Positions 22,569 through 33,610 of a DNA stretch of 43,283 nucleotides are shown here, one piece after another. The DNA comes from Chiloscyllium plagiosum. Lineage: Eukaryota. The translations under genes were made by a program, and so were the position numbers. The notes below the pieces were generated by a model, which was not told where the DNA came from, made no database searches, and was given only the letters and a program-made list of their open reading frames with translations. How positions within the stretch are numbered: the first letter of the stretch is position 1; each line of letters begins with the position of its first letter. Where the stretch lies: positions 39,949,910 to 39,993,192 of the forward strand of contig NC_057718.1 in assembly GCF_004010195.1 (NCBI RefSeq), given 5' to 3'.

Positions 22569-23664
22569 TCACCTGCAGTGTGACATGAACCCAAAGTCAC
22601 AGTTGAGGCCATCCCCATGGGTACTGAACTTAGCTATCAGCCTCTGCATGGCCACTTTGCGTTGTTGCCTGTCCCGAAATTCACCTTGGTGGATGGTCAC
22701 CCAAAGGCCAAATGTCCCAGACCACTGAAGTATACTCCAAAAGGGAGGGAACACTCCTGGCTGGTGATTGTTGTCCAGTGTTCATTCATCCGTTGCCGTA
22801 GCCTCTGCTCAGTCTCGCCAATGTACCATGCCTCAGCACTTCCTTGCCTACAATTTATGAGATAGATAACATTGGCCGAGTCACATGGGTATCTGACACG
22901 TACGTGGTGGGTGGTATCCCCACGTGTAATAGTGATATTCATGTTGACACGCTGACACGTCTTGCAGCGTCTACCATGACAGAGTTGTATGGTATTGTCC
23001 TGAAAGCTGCAAACAATGATCTGTTTGAGGTTTGGTGTTTGTTTAAAGGCGAGAAGTGGAGGCGTTGGGAAAGCCTTGGCGAGGTGTTCATCTTCATCGA
23101 TAATGTGTTGCAGGCTGTGAAGAACATGGCACAGTTTCTCGGCTCCCGGGAAGTACTGAACAATGAAGGATACCTGATTGGTTACAGCTCATGTCTGTCT
23201 CCTGAAGACATCATTACGGTTTCTCGCTACAGTTTGTCGGTACTGGTAGTCAATGAGTTGAGCATCGAACCCCACTCTTATGAGTACATCCTTGAGTACT
23301 TCCAAGTATCCATCATGTTCCTCCTTATCTAAACAGATCTCGTGTGTTTGTGTAGGGCTTGTCCATCAGGATTGGCTGTTTAATATGCGTAGAGTGGTAG
23401 CTAGAGAAGTGTAGCATCATGAGGCTGTCCATGGGTTTGCGGCAGAGTGAGGTGCTGAGGTGTCTATCCTTGATGGAGATGCATGCGTCCAAGAATGAGA
23501 CAAATACTAAAGAGTAGTCCATAGTGAGTTTGATGGCGGGATGAAACTCGTTGATATCACTGTGTAATTGTTTCAGTGACTCCTTGCCGTGGGCCCAGAG
23601 GAAGAAAATATCATCAATATATCTGGTGTATAGTGTTGGTTGGAGGTCCTGTGTAAAGAAGTTC
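22569..23664 (-). pseudogene. Penelope RT/GIY-YIG ORF remnant
   Basis: The YIDD catalytic motif and VIY...YIG motif lie in different frames with stops and frameshifts. Confidence 0.9.
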
Positions 23665-24379
23665 TTATACAAAGTTCTAACATCTAATAAAAGTTCATCA
23701 TTATGAAGTTACATTGTTTTATCTATAGTACACAAAGGTTTGAGGAAACAGGAGATGGCCTAAACATTTGTTAAATGCTACCTGTTACTCCTGACAGGAT
23801 TAATTAAGAGGTCTGTCTGGTCTGCTTGTATAATTAAGAGATGTTAGTTCTTTTGTCTTTAAGTTAGTAAACGTTAGTTAAAATACTAGGTCTATATGCT
23901 TTAAGTAAGTTAGAAATTGTACCTGTATTAATAAAAGAATGAAGGATATTAAACTGATTGCTGCGGCTGGTTGTGAGATGGTTTACTATTTGCTGGCATG
24001 AGTTTCATTCATTCATGCAATTTCACATATGCACTGTTTTGTCAGTTAAGGGGATAGTGGCTCTGTTAAAAGGTATTCAATAAATACATAAACTGTTTGG
24101 TGTTTTGTAATCTATTCATGTCCAAGAGACAGTTAGTAAGGGCTGATTAATATTACACTATAATGCTTCATGGAGACTTGATGGGGATGGTATTGTTTAT
24201 AATATTGACATTTATTCAGAGGCAGCTTTCGAACTAGAAATAGGCCTGATAAGGGTTAAAGGTACGAAGAAGTAGTAGTCAGTTGAAAGGGATGTTTTCA
24301 TTTTAGTCTATACTGTATTAGTAAAATATACTACAAAACCATGATTTTATGAATGAATGAATGAAAGAAACCATGTTAT

Positions 24380-24884
24380 AGTAAGGAGTAATGAATGAAT
24401 CAAATGAGAATGTGGTGTTATTAAATATAGGCACATGAGAGTGGGTTAGTAAAGAGCTATGAATGAGTAAATGTAAAGTGCTTGTGAGTGGGTTAGCAAA
24501 GAAACCTAAAATACAATATCTCACAACCTATTAAAATGAGTTGGGCCTGTTGTGATGATGATCCATATCACAACTGTCTCACTCACAGCTCTCTTCTTTC
24601 TCTATTTGAAAGAAAAGAGACAATAGAGCACCAGGAAAGGACAGAGAACTTGGTGGCCTACCAGTGATATCAAACATACTGGTTGTGGAGGAGCAGGAGA
24701 TAGAGATATGCCTAGGATGACCATTGGCAATTATGATGTTTCCTAGCTACTTACTTCTCCAGTGAGGGGCAAGAGATCATAAAGCCACAGTCACATTGAT
24801 TTAATGTGGCAGAGTTCTCCAGTGGTTGGTACCATTGCTTTTCTTAATACCTATATATGTTCGTGATTAAGAACTAAGCTTACA
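24380..24884. mobile_element. Possible solo LTR
   Basis: Ends agtaag...cttaca (imperfect TGTAAG/CTTACA), about 500 bp long. No TSD identified. Confidence 0.25.
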
Positions 24885-24897
24885 GGACATAATTTTA

Positions 24898-24943
24898 AAA
24901 ACCTGTTGGACTATAACCTAGTGTTATGTGATTTTTAACTTTG
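24898..24943 (+). mobile_element. Very short Penelope pLTR fragment, family B
   Basis: aaacctgttggactataacctagtgttatgtgatttttaactttg matches 1092-1136. Confidence 0.8.
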
Positions 24944-25038
24944 CTGTTGACATTAAACTTGGGAAATATTATTAAATGCAAGTGACATGGTGATAAATCC
25001 CAAGAAAACATAAGATAGTCTGATAGAATGGGAAGGCA

Positions 25039-25160
25039 AAAGTGAGGACTGCAGATGCTGGAAATCAGAGTCTAGATTAGAGTGGTGCTGGAAAAGCACA
25101 GCTGTTAGGCAGCATGCAAGGAGCAGGAAAATCGACGTTTCGGGCAAAAGCCCTTCATCA
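25039..25160 (-). mobile_element. Short Penelope pLTR insertion, family A2, with 8-bp TSD
   Basis: aaagtgaggactgcagatgctgg...gggcaaaagcccttcatca, flanked by ggaaggca at 25031-25038 and 25161-25168. Confidence 0.85.
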
Positions 25161-25164
25161 GGAA
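25130..25164 (-). ncRNA. Minimal hammerhead ribozyme motif (family A), core intact
   Basis: Minus strand reads ttc-CTGATGA-a-gggc-tttt-gccc-GAA-ACGT-C-gatt, an identical core to 160-190. Confidence 0.6.
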
Positions 25165-25204
25165 GGCATTTGATAGATGAAATTTAATGCAGGAAAGTGT
25201 GAAG

Positions 25205-26289
25205 TGTCATGCCGCATTGAGGTGGTGCACTGGAAATCAAGCTCTGCTGTTCCTGGATTCATCTCAAAAGTTATCGATTTTATCAAAGAGGGCAAAATTC
25301 TCCAATTCACAGAAAGCATTGGCCAGGTTTCTGTATTTAACAAGGATGGCTATTAATTACGTGTAAATAGATTCTAGCTACAAGTAAACAATGATCAACC
25401 ATTGACATAAAAGTCTATTAGTGTCAACTCTATCGTCCTTATAAAACTCGTCTGACACAAACAGACAAAAAAATTGGTGTTATGAGTAGAGGGGAAAACT
25501 GAGAAGGCAGATCAATGGTCATGTCCATAGGGTTTGCTGAATGATCCATTTGTCTTGCCAGGGCTTTTACTCCTCAATTTCTCTTTTCCAGGTACCTTCA
25601 TTTCCTTGCAAGAGGCACAGAGCAACTGGTTCACCATCTATAAAGTCTCTGTCTTATTGATTAAAAGCAACAGCTTATGGCAACTAGTCAGGGGAAATTA
25701 TTGGCTCTCTTCAGACTTGAGATAATTTTTACTACTTAGAGAGAGACACCATCTCTCTTTTCTGGAAGTCTGAAGACTTTTAACCCTTTTGTTCATTTCT
25801 TCAAGCTGGTCAGATGCCTGGAAGCCAATCATATGTTGGCAGACAGAACGACACTGTCACTGACAACTGGTCACCACTCCACAGACCAATCAGCTCATGA
25901 TTGCTAGCTCAATCTCCCTTTGTACACATACCCTGGCTGCAGTCCACCTTCAGTAACTCCCTCCCCTGCTTCAATAAGCAGCATGTAAATAGACTCATAG
26001 TGAGTACTGGTAAATTGTTTTTAAAAATGGGAGCAACCCTTCCAAAAACCTTGTTTTTTCAACTAAATCAACTGCGCAATAAGGATAATCTTTTGGGGAA
26101 AAACATGCTTGGAAATACTACGGGTAAAATACCAAATTGCCATTTGGTTTGCCCACCAGAGCAAGGGCATGTGCAAGGTTGTCTTGGTGGCTTTCTGCTA
26201 GAATTTCATTCTCCCAACATAGCATATTGTGCAACATACATTTCCTTTTTGAAGGAAATCAGTGACCTTCTTGTGAAGCCTCTGTGACA
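25205..26289. mobile_element. Probable solo LTR (~1085 bp)
   Basis: Inverted termini TGTCA (25205)...TGACA (26289), and it appears to truncate a CR1-like fragment at 25170-25204. No TSD was seen. Confidence 0.35.
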
Positions 26290-26416
26290 AATTATGTCAG
26301 AACATAACATGAGGCTTTACAGTGATGGATGTAAGAGTTCGGGAGTATGATTATACTATACAAGACTTTACACTGTGTTTTGTAACAAAATACACGTGAC
26401 AGTAAATAAACAAATC

Positions 26417-26873
26417 AGTAGGAGCAGGAGTAGGCCATCTAGCCCCTCGAGCCTGCTCTGCCATTCAATAGGTTTATTGCTGTCCTTTTCGTGGACTCAG
26501 CGCCACTTATCTGCCCATTCGCCATAATCCTTAATTCTTTATTGTTCAAAAATTCAAATATCTTTGCCTTAAAAACATTCAATGAGATAGCCTCAACTGC
26601 TTCACTGGGCAGGGAATTCCATAGATTCACAACCCTTTGAGTAGAAAAGTTCCTCCTCAACTCAGTCCTAAATTTCCTTCCCCTTTTTTGAGGCTGTGCC
26701 ACTAGTTCTAGTTGCACCCGTCAGTGGAAACAACCTTTCTGCTTCTATTTATCTATTCTCTTCATTATTTTACATGTTTCTATAAGATCTCCCTCATTCT
26801 TCTAAATTCTAGTGCTAGTCTACTCAATCTCTCTTCATAAGCCAAACCTCTCAATTCCGGAACCAACCTAGTG
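26417..26873 (-). mobile_element. CR1 3' fragment
   Basis: Minus peptide FRTELRRNFSTQRVVNLWNSLPSEAVEAISLNVFKAKI. Confidence 0.9.
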
Positions 26874-28119
26874 CAGAACATTTGTACTGCAGAACAAACA
26901 CTACATTTCTCATTCTTCTAACAGGGCTATATTGGAACAGATCACTGGTTTCCTTAAGATGAGGTTTCAATGGCAGGATTACTCCAGTGGAGTCCTGTCA
27001 AATAGCCAAGACAGAATATGAAAGCTCATTGTGGTATACTGTAACTTTCATAATTGGTGCTAAGAACCTTCCACCACTGGTAGCCCTTCAATGTTTCAGA
27101 GTGGCTGTAAATTGAAAAGATACTCTGAAATGCTTGAGCATGCTCGAGAAAGTGAGAGGCAGTGTTTTGTCCAGCTTTCCTTCAAGCTATGAAGGAAAAC
27201 ATAAATGGACATACAGACCGCTCATTGTACCTTTACCAGCATTGAATAGCAGTGCACTCCCTTGAAAAGCTGATCAATAGAATTAATCCATTCCCTCAGA
27301 GATTTGTGCAATCATCACTGATCTTGTATTCAACTCACAAGGTGGATGGAAGAATAAATGATCTGTTCAGGATTGGCCTGGCATAATCCTTGCATATTGC
27401 TTTTCGCTTCAGTGTTGCTCTCATCAAAGTGCAATATCTTGGCTGCAGTCAACAGTGTCATGATTCAATGATCCCTAATATCTGAGGCTATCTGCAGTCA
27501 AGGACTCAGTTGTGAAAGATGAGCAATGCTTGACTGTTACATCTTCCTTCATCCTTGGGATGTCTGAAGAGTTTGCTCATCTCTCACATGGATGCAATTT
27601 AACCAGGTACAAAGACACAAAAATAAATATTTTAAGAGTGTAAGTGCATTTGTATTTACAAAAATGTATGATAATTTATGTGGGTCCTCAGTAAGTGTTT
27701 TCCGTCCTTTCCCTCTCACTGTGCCTTGGTACAGTCTGGATTTACACAACCTGAATGGTGGAAGCCTCACCTATGGTTGCCCTGTTGGTCTGGATGGTTG
27801 TTTCACTTCCTAACAATACACAACATTGTCTATCACTATCCAGAGCAGCTAAACATATACACAAGAAATTACAAAGCCATTCTGAGAGTACAGTTCTCAT
27901 TAGAAACACAAAAATATGATAGCAATGCATAACTGGCAACATAAAGAGGATACTGATTGAATCATTTGGTGACCACTTGAAACTGCAAAAAGAAATGTTA
28001 AAAAATTCTCACTATGTTTGATCAATAAAACAAAGTACATTGCACTATGTATGTAAAAAGATCCTGTTTGCGAATAAATCAAGTCAAAATAACTAAAGTC
28101 AAGGAATGCTGAGCGCAAT

Positions 28120-28320
28120 ATAACAACATTAACAAGAATGAAAACGTGCTTTTATATATTGTCTTCAAGGTAATGAAGCATCCTTTATATAATAAGACAA
28201 AGACCCATTCCAAACAAAGGAAGACGTTTGAGGAGGAGTGAACAAAACTTTGTCAGAGGGCCTTACAGTAAGTGGGAGGAGTTTCTTGAAGGTACTGACT
28301 TGCACTTGGATATGCTTCTA
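28120..28320 (-). mobile_element. Decayed L2-type 3' tail
   Basis: aacaac...tgcttttatata...gaggaggagtgaacaaaactttgtc resembles the reverse complement of an L2 tail. Weak. Confidence 0.3.
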
Positions 28321-30142
28321 GTGTCAGGGAAGCCAGTACCCTAAACCATTTCACTCAAAGGCCAGTCTCCACAGGTAAATGTAGCCAGTGAGTATTGGTG
28401 AAGTGTTTAATAATCACAATCATACACTTGCGTTGCTTTCCAGCAGGAGTCAAATAATAATGATCAAAAATGCAATACTGAATAATTACCTTTTTTGCAC
28501 ATTAATGGCACTAGCATCAATTGAAGTGCACAGGAAGAACAACTAATTCAATTGAAGCCAAATCTTTATGGATCCAGGTTGTTTATTTAGCCTTGAGGCA
28601 ATAGGATAAATGTGATACAATAAGTTGCCATTATTATACTGGAGACAAGTGCACTGGTGGCTAACAGGTAATGGAAAATGCAAAGAAACTCTAAGGTGAA
28701 ATGATGGATGTCTTATAGAGTGTTCACTGCAGTGATTCTGCCAATGCCCACACTGCTTATAAAAAAAACCTACTGTGGGTTATGACATAATCTGAACAGC
28801 TTGTTTAAACTGATCCCTTGAAAGGAAGTTATTGAGAATCAGATTGACATTAAATGTTTTCAAATAGGCCTACATCAATTTCAAGACAATGGAGAGTTGC
28901 TTTGCCAAGAATAACAGTGGGTGTGACCTCAGAATGTGGGAAAGAAGAGAACACAAAAGGTGACTGATGCTGAATTAAATCAAAAGCATAGTTAGCTCTG
29001 TTTTAAATACTGGAATATTTGAATTAAATCAACTATTATGGGATTGATTTTCTTACAAGTAGAAACATTTCCATTAAAAGGACTGAAGTGTCCAGGTGGT
29101 GTCCAGGCATGATTGGCATTTTAAAATTTTTAAAAAATTCTTGTTTACATATTGCTTGATTTCCCACTGTGTGCTTTTACACAGTTGCAAACTCTCATAC
29201 AAATGGGAATAATATTAACATTTATCACCAGGAAAATAATGGATGAATGAATAGAATGAGACTTTGGAACAGTGCTTATAAAGTTCTTTTATAAACAGGC
29301 TGCATGAGGTCAGAATTCCTCTGCATGGGTGAGGCTGCTGAGAAAAGACTGCATATCCCTTCAAAATTTTCCACACCTCAATGATTCTGTTTTGAATAAT
29401 GAGAACAGCACACCAGATTTGGTGATTTAAATCTCTAGTTCACCTCTCTCTGGTGGGAATGTATGTGTGTGTGCATGTGTGTGTAAATTACTGTGTGAGC
29501 TAACCATACCGTGAAAGAAGAAAATGAAAAGATTCACTCAATCATGTATTGCTCAAAAAATGTTGCTAAATGCTGTACATTGTTCAACAAATGTATTTTG
29601 AAAATCAATACAGTACATTGTGCACTTTATAAAAACATTCAATATTGAGGCACTTCCTGGAATTTAAATACTATCAGAAAATAAATGCATAAACTTATCA
29701 CAATTGAAGTCTCCAAAATCCAAATTAAAATTCTATTGCATATTAAAAGCAAAGATAATTTAATTTATTACCGAGATGTGCTTCTTTTGTCTAATTAGGT
29801 AAACTAGTGTTATGTAGGCCCAGATCATATTTTGCTTTGCAATCATTGGACAGCTTTGATATTTGACGAAACACTTAGCAGCAGGAGCAGTCAATTCAAC
29901 CAATCGAGCCTCCTCTGCCTTTCAATACGATCATGGCTGATCGCATTTTGGCCTCAAATCCATTTCATGGTGGCTCTCCATAACCTTTCAACCCAATACT
30001 GATCAAAAACCTGTCTATCTCAAATTTACTCAATGTCCCAGCATTCACCACATTCTAAGGTAATGAATTCCATAGATTCACGACCCTTTGGGGGAAGTAA
30101 TTTCTCCTCATGTCTGTTTTAACTGGGTTATCAGTTATCTTA

Positions 30143-30239
30143 GGTAAAAACAATGACTGCAGATGCTGGAAACCAGATTCTGGATCAATGGTGCTGGAAG
30201 AGCACAGCAATTCAGGCAGCATCGAGGAGCTTCAGCAAA
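30143..30239 (-). mobile_element. Short Penelope pLTR insertion, family A1, with perfect 13-bp TSD
   Basis: ggtaaaaacaatgactgc...cagcaaa, flanked by atcagttatctta at 30130-30142 and 30240-30252. Confidence 0.88.
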
Positions 30240-30931
30240 ATCAGTTATCTTAAAACAGTGACATCTTGTCTAGATTGCACCACACGAGGAAACATCTTTT
30301 CTACATCTAATTTGTCAAGCCCTTTAGCGTCAATTAGATCACCTCTCATTCTTCTAAACTCCAGAGAGTATAGGGCAAAACTGGTCAAACTTTCTTCATA
30401 AGACAAATCCCTCATCTCTGGTATCAATTTAGTGAATCTCCTTTGTCGTGCCTCCAATAAAACTATATCCCTCCTCAAGTATTTTTACAAAATTGCACGC
30501 AATTCTCCAGATGCAGTTTCACTAATGCCTTGAACAATTGTGGCAACACTTTCTTATTTTTACACTCTTTTCCTTCAGCAATAAATGCCTCATTCCATTT
30601 GCCTTCCTTGTTACCTGCTGTGCTTCCATACTAGTTTTCTGTGATTCATGCATGAGAACATCCAGATCCCTCTACACCAAAGCACTCTGAACTTTCTCTC
30701 CATTTCGATAATAAATTGCCTTTCAGTTCCTCCAGTCAAAATGGACAACCTCACATTTATTCATGTTAAACAATATCTGCCTAATTTTCATCCACCCACC
30801 TAATGTATCCATATCCAAATGTAAACTTCTCATTTTTCAATTCATGTGGTACCTAGCTACGTACACCTTGCTAACCAGAAAAAGACCCATTTAACTTGAC
30901 TCTCTGATTTCTGTTGGTCAGCCAATCCTTT

Positions 30932-31365
30932 GGGGTGGCACAGTGGCTCAGTGGTTAGCACTAATGCCTCACAGCACCAGGGACCTGGGTTCAATTCCTG
31001 CCTTGAGCAACTGACTGCTTGGAGTCTGCATGTTCTTCCTGTGTCTGTGTGGGTTTCCTCCCACAATCCAACAATGTGCAGGTAAAATGCTAAATTGCCC
31101 ATAATGTTAGGGGTAAATATAGGATAGGGGAATGTGTCTGGGTGGGTTAAGACCATAAGACCATAAGACATAGGAGTGGAAGTAAGGCCATTCGGCCCAT
31201 CGAGTCCACTCCGCCATTCAATCATGGCTGAAAATGCTAAATTGCCCATAATGTTAGGGGTAAATATAGGGTAGGGGAATGTGTCTGGGTGGGTTGCTCT
31301 TCAGAGGGTCAGTGTGGACTAGTTGGGCCACAGGGCTTGTTTCCATACTGTAGGGAATCTAATCT
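30932..31365 (+). mobile_element. HE1/V-SINE-type SINE with a nested CR1 tail
   Basis: ggtggcacagtggctcagtggttagc (box A), ggttcaattcc (box B) and tail gtttccatactgtagggaatctaatct. Confidence 0.9.
31149..31230 (-). mobile_element. 82-bp CR1 3' tail flanked by a 65-bp duplication
   Basis: It is the reverse complement of the tail at ~21968-22041. Flanks 31084-31148 and 31231-31295 differ by one base. Confidence 0.9.
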
Positions 31366-32016
31366 TTATCCAAGCTAATAAATTACCCCAATCTCATGTG
31401 ATCTTACCTTGTGTATGAGCCTTTTTGCAGAGTCTTATCAAATGTCATGTGAGAGTTCAGATATACTATGTTATCACCTTAATCCACCATTATTCACCTT
31501 GCTTATATAAAGTCGATGTATAACAATTTGACATATCCTGTTAAAGCTGAGATATCTGGCGATGCTGGCAAAATATTAGAACCCAATATGAAGATTTTGA
31601 AAGGTATAAGAGAATTGTGTGAAACAGTCAGATGCAATTTACAATTTTAGCATAACTGGCATTTTACAAACATACATGTAGATTTAAGTTTGGATTTTTG
31701 TGGAGTCAAGAACACTCCACAGGTGCTCAGAAATGGTGATAATAACAAATTACGGAAAACATGCCCCTATGGCTGACAGATCCAACATTGACAGGTAGGG
31801 GAAAAGAGGCTGGCTGATGATCACAGATGGGGGAATGCCAAACTCCATTTTGACTATTGCGAAGGCCATATCCCATAGTGTGGAAATTCTGCATTTAAGA
31901 AGTAGATGTAAATATTTGTATTGTGTAAAAAGAACTGTTTGACTGTTGTCATCTAAAGTTATTTAATTCTTGGCTCATTTGAAATAAAACAAAAAGGGGC
32001 TTCAATTGCCATTATG

Positions 32017-32137
32017 TTTTTTTTTCGTGATCAACCTGTTCAGATATGTTATGACACACCCCTGAAGCAGGTGGGACTTAAACCAGAGCCTCCCAGTCCA
32101 GGGGTAGGGACACTACCACAGCATGACAAGAGGGCCC
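32017..32137 (-). mobile_element. Short tRNA-derived SINE (~120 bp) with oligo-A end
   Basis: Minus strand ...gtggtagtgtccctacc...ggtttaagtccc (box-B-like)...gaacaggttgatcacgaaaaaaaa. Confidence 0.6.
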
Positions 32138-32344
32138 TTGCTGGTGTGTTTGCTGTTATCTATTCAAACAATTTCAGTAGTTGTTTGCTGATACTTCCTG
32201 AAGAGCTTTTGATGAATGATTAGCTTATTTCCAAAAGCCTCAATTACTTCAGGGGATTCAGAGTTCACAGATTTATTGGCAGTTTAAGGAGCTTATTAAA
32301 GAATTAAGTGCCTTTAATATGGAGTATGAATAAAGGTTTGGTTC

Positions 32345-32650
32345 GTAAACAGGCCCAGGCAGTGGGCCATGGAGGGGGTCGTTAGGGCCGATTGCCTGCC
32401 CCTCTTCCGCAGTTATGTCAGAGCCCGGGCGTCTCTGGAGTAGGAGCATGCGGTGTCAACCAACACCCTTGAGCTGCTCAGGGAGAGGTGGGCACTGCAG
32501 GAATGGAGTGTATTATTTCCCCCTCCAACTGTATTTTGATTAAATCCCTGCCCTCTCCCTCACTGTTTGATCACGCAACATTGCCCTTTGGATGTTTCCT
32601 TTCTTCATGATGGTGGAAATTGAATAAAGATTTGTACACCTTGTGCAATA
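32345..32650 (+). mobile_element. Tx1/L1-clade LINE 3' fragment (ORF2 C-terminus + 3'UTR)
   Basis: From 32351 it translates RPRQWAMEGVVRADCLPLFRSYVRARASLE*EHAVSTNTLELLRERWA, a recalled Tx1-type C-terminus. AATAAA lies near 32623. Confidence 0.55.
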
Positions 32651-32719
32651 GTTTTCTTCCACCCCACTATCGCCGCTCCCCACCACCAACTATCAATTTC
32701 TTAACCTACCCAACCAGAC

Positions 32720-33432
32720 CTGGAGAATGGAGGCAAGATGAAGGGAGACAAGTTGTGGCTGGAGACTGGGTAAGAGCACAGTGGGTGGGCTGAGTCCCAG
32801 AGTGGCAGCAGAGCAAGTCCTGGACAGAGACCAGCGTGTGGAAGCAGCATGGCCTCATATTCTTTTAGATTTAGATTACATTACAGTGTGGAAACAGGCC
32901 CTTCGGCCCAACAAGTCCACACCAACCCGCCGAAGCGAAACCCACCCATACCCCTACATTTACCCCTTACCTAACACTATGGGCAATTTAGTATGGCCAA
33001 TTCACCTAACCTGCACATCTTTGGACTGTGGGAGGAAACCGGAGCACCCGGAGGAAACCCACGCAGACACGGGGAGAACGTGCAAACTCCACACAGTCGG
33101 TCGCCTGAGTCGGGAATTGAACCCGGATCTCTGGCACTGCGAGGCAGCAGTGCTAACCACTGTGCCACCGTGCCGCCCACAACTGGCAGGCACAGTCTCA
33201 AGTTGGAAAAGGACTGTAACTTGAGTACTTTAAAGACACATCTAATCTCATTCTGGACCTTTAAACTCTGTGTTCCCGTGCTAATCTATTTGTTTTTACT
33301 ATTTAAATTCTGTGACAACACTTAAAGTATCTGTACCTAGGTACTCTGTACCTAAGATGGTGCCAAGAGGCAATATTACAAACTTTTCACTGCACTCATT
33401 CAAATGCACATGGCAGTAAAGGCTATTCTAGT
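32720..33432 (+). mobile_element. Unclassified non-autonomous element, host of the HE1 SINE
   Basis: The 3' end ctgtacctaagatggtgcc...ttttcactgcactc...cacatggcagtaaaggctattcta resembles the tail motif at 14283-14330 and 26355-26417. The 5' boundary is uncertain. Confidence 0.4.
32864..33178 (-). mobile_element. Young full-length HE1/V-SINE-type SINE
   Basis: Minus strand gggcggcacggtggcacagtggttagc...gggttcaattcc. CpGs are retained and the tail ends in aatcta repeats. Confidence 0.93.
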
Positions 33433-33610
33433 CTATATGCATTTGAATATTTTAAAAAGGCTTTGAATGAACTTTCATGAATAGGAGCTTTTCAAGTTTT
33501 TAAGTCTATATAATTACATTTTTAGGTATATAAATCTTCTATTAATCTTCTCATGCATCCTGAGGTCAGCTCACAGAGGATACTGGAGGGATTTGGCATG
33601 GTTCAGCGTT

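Larger units (their letters stand above)
21401..23664 (-). mobile_element. 5'-truncated Penelope-like element, family B (RT C-terminus, GIY-YIG endonuclease, pLTR)
   Basis: Minus peptides YTRYIDDIFFLW...VSFLD (PLE RT) and CDSANVIYLINC...WYIGETEQRLRQRMNEH (GIY-YIG). The end at 21401-21470 matches 926-1015. TSD-like ttatacacagtt (21389-21400) and ttatacaaagtt (23665-23676). Confidence 0.92.
29875..31475 (-). mobile_element. Decayed CR1 fragment containing nested pLTR and HE1 SINE insertions
   Basis: Minus peptide LEARQRRFTKLIPEMRDLSYEESL...LYSLEFRRMRGDLI. The host sequence resumes after 31365. Confidence 0.85.

Noticed and set aside
22282..22618. His/Thr-rich ORFs
   Set aside because: These are translations of a (CA)n-type microsatellite.
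22844..23332. 162-aa + strand ORF
   Set aside because: It is the antisense shadow of the Penelope ORF.
27549..27942. Cluster of short ORFs as a possible host exon
   Set aside because: No recognisable domain and no consistent splice acceptor/donor pair with an open frame.
33100..33178. tRNA gene
   Set aside because: It is the tRNA-derived head of an HE1 SINE, continuous with the SINE core and tail. The same applies at 6620-6699 and 30932-31000.
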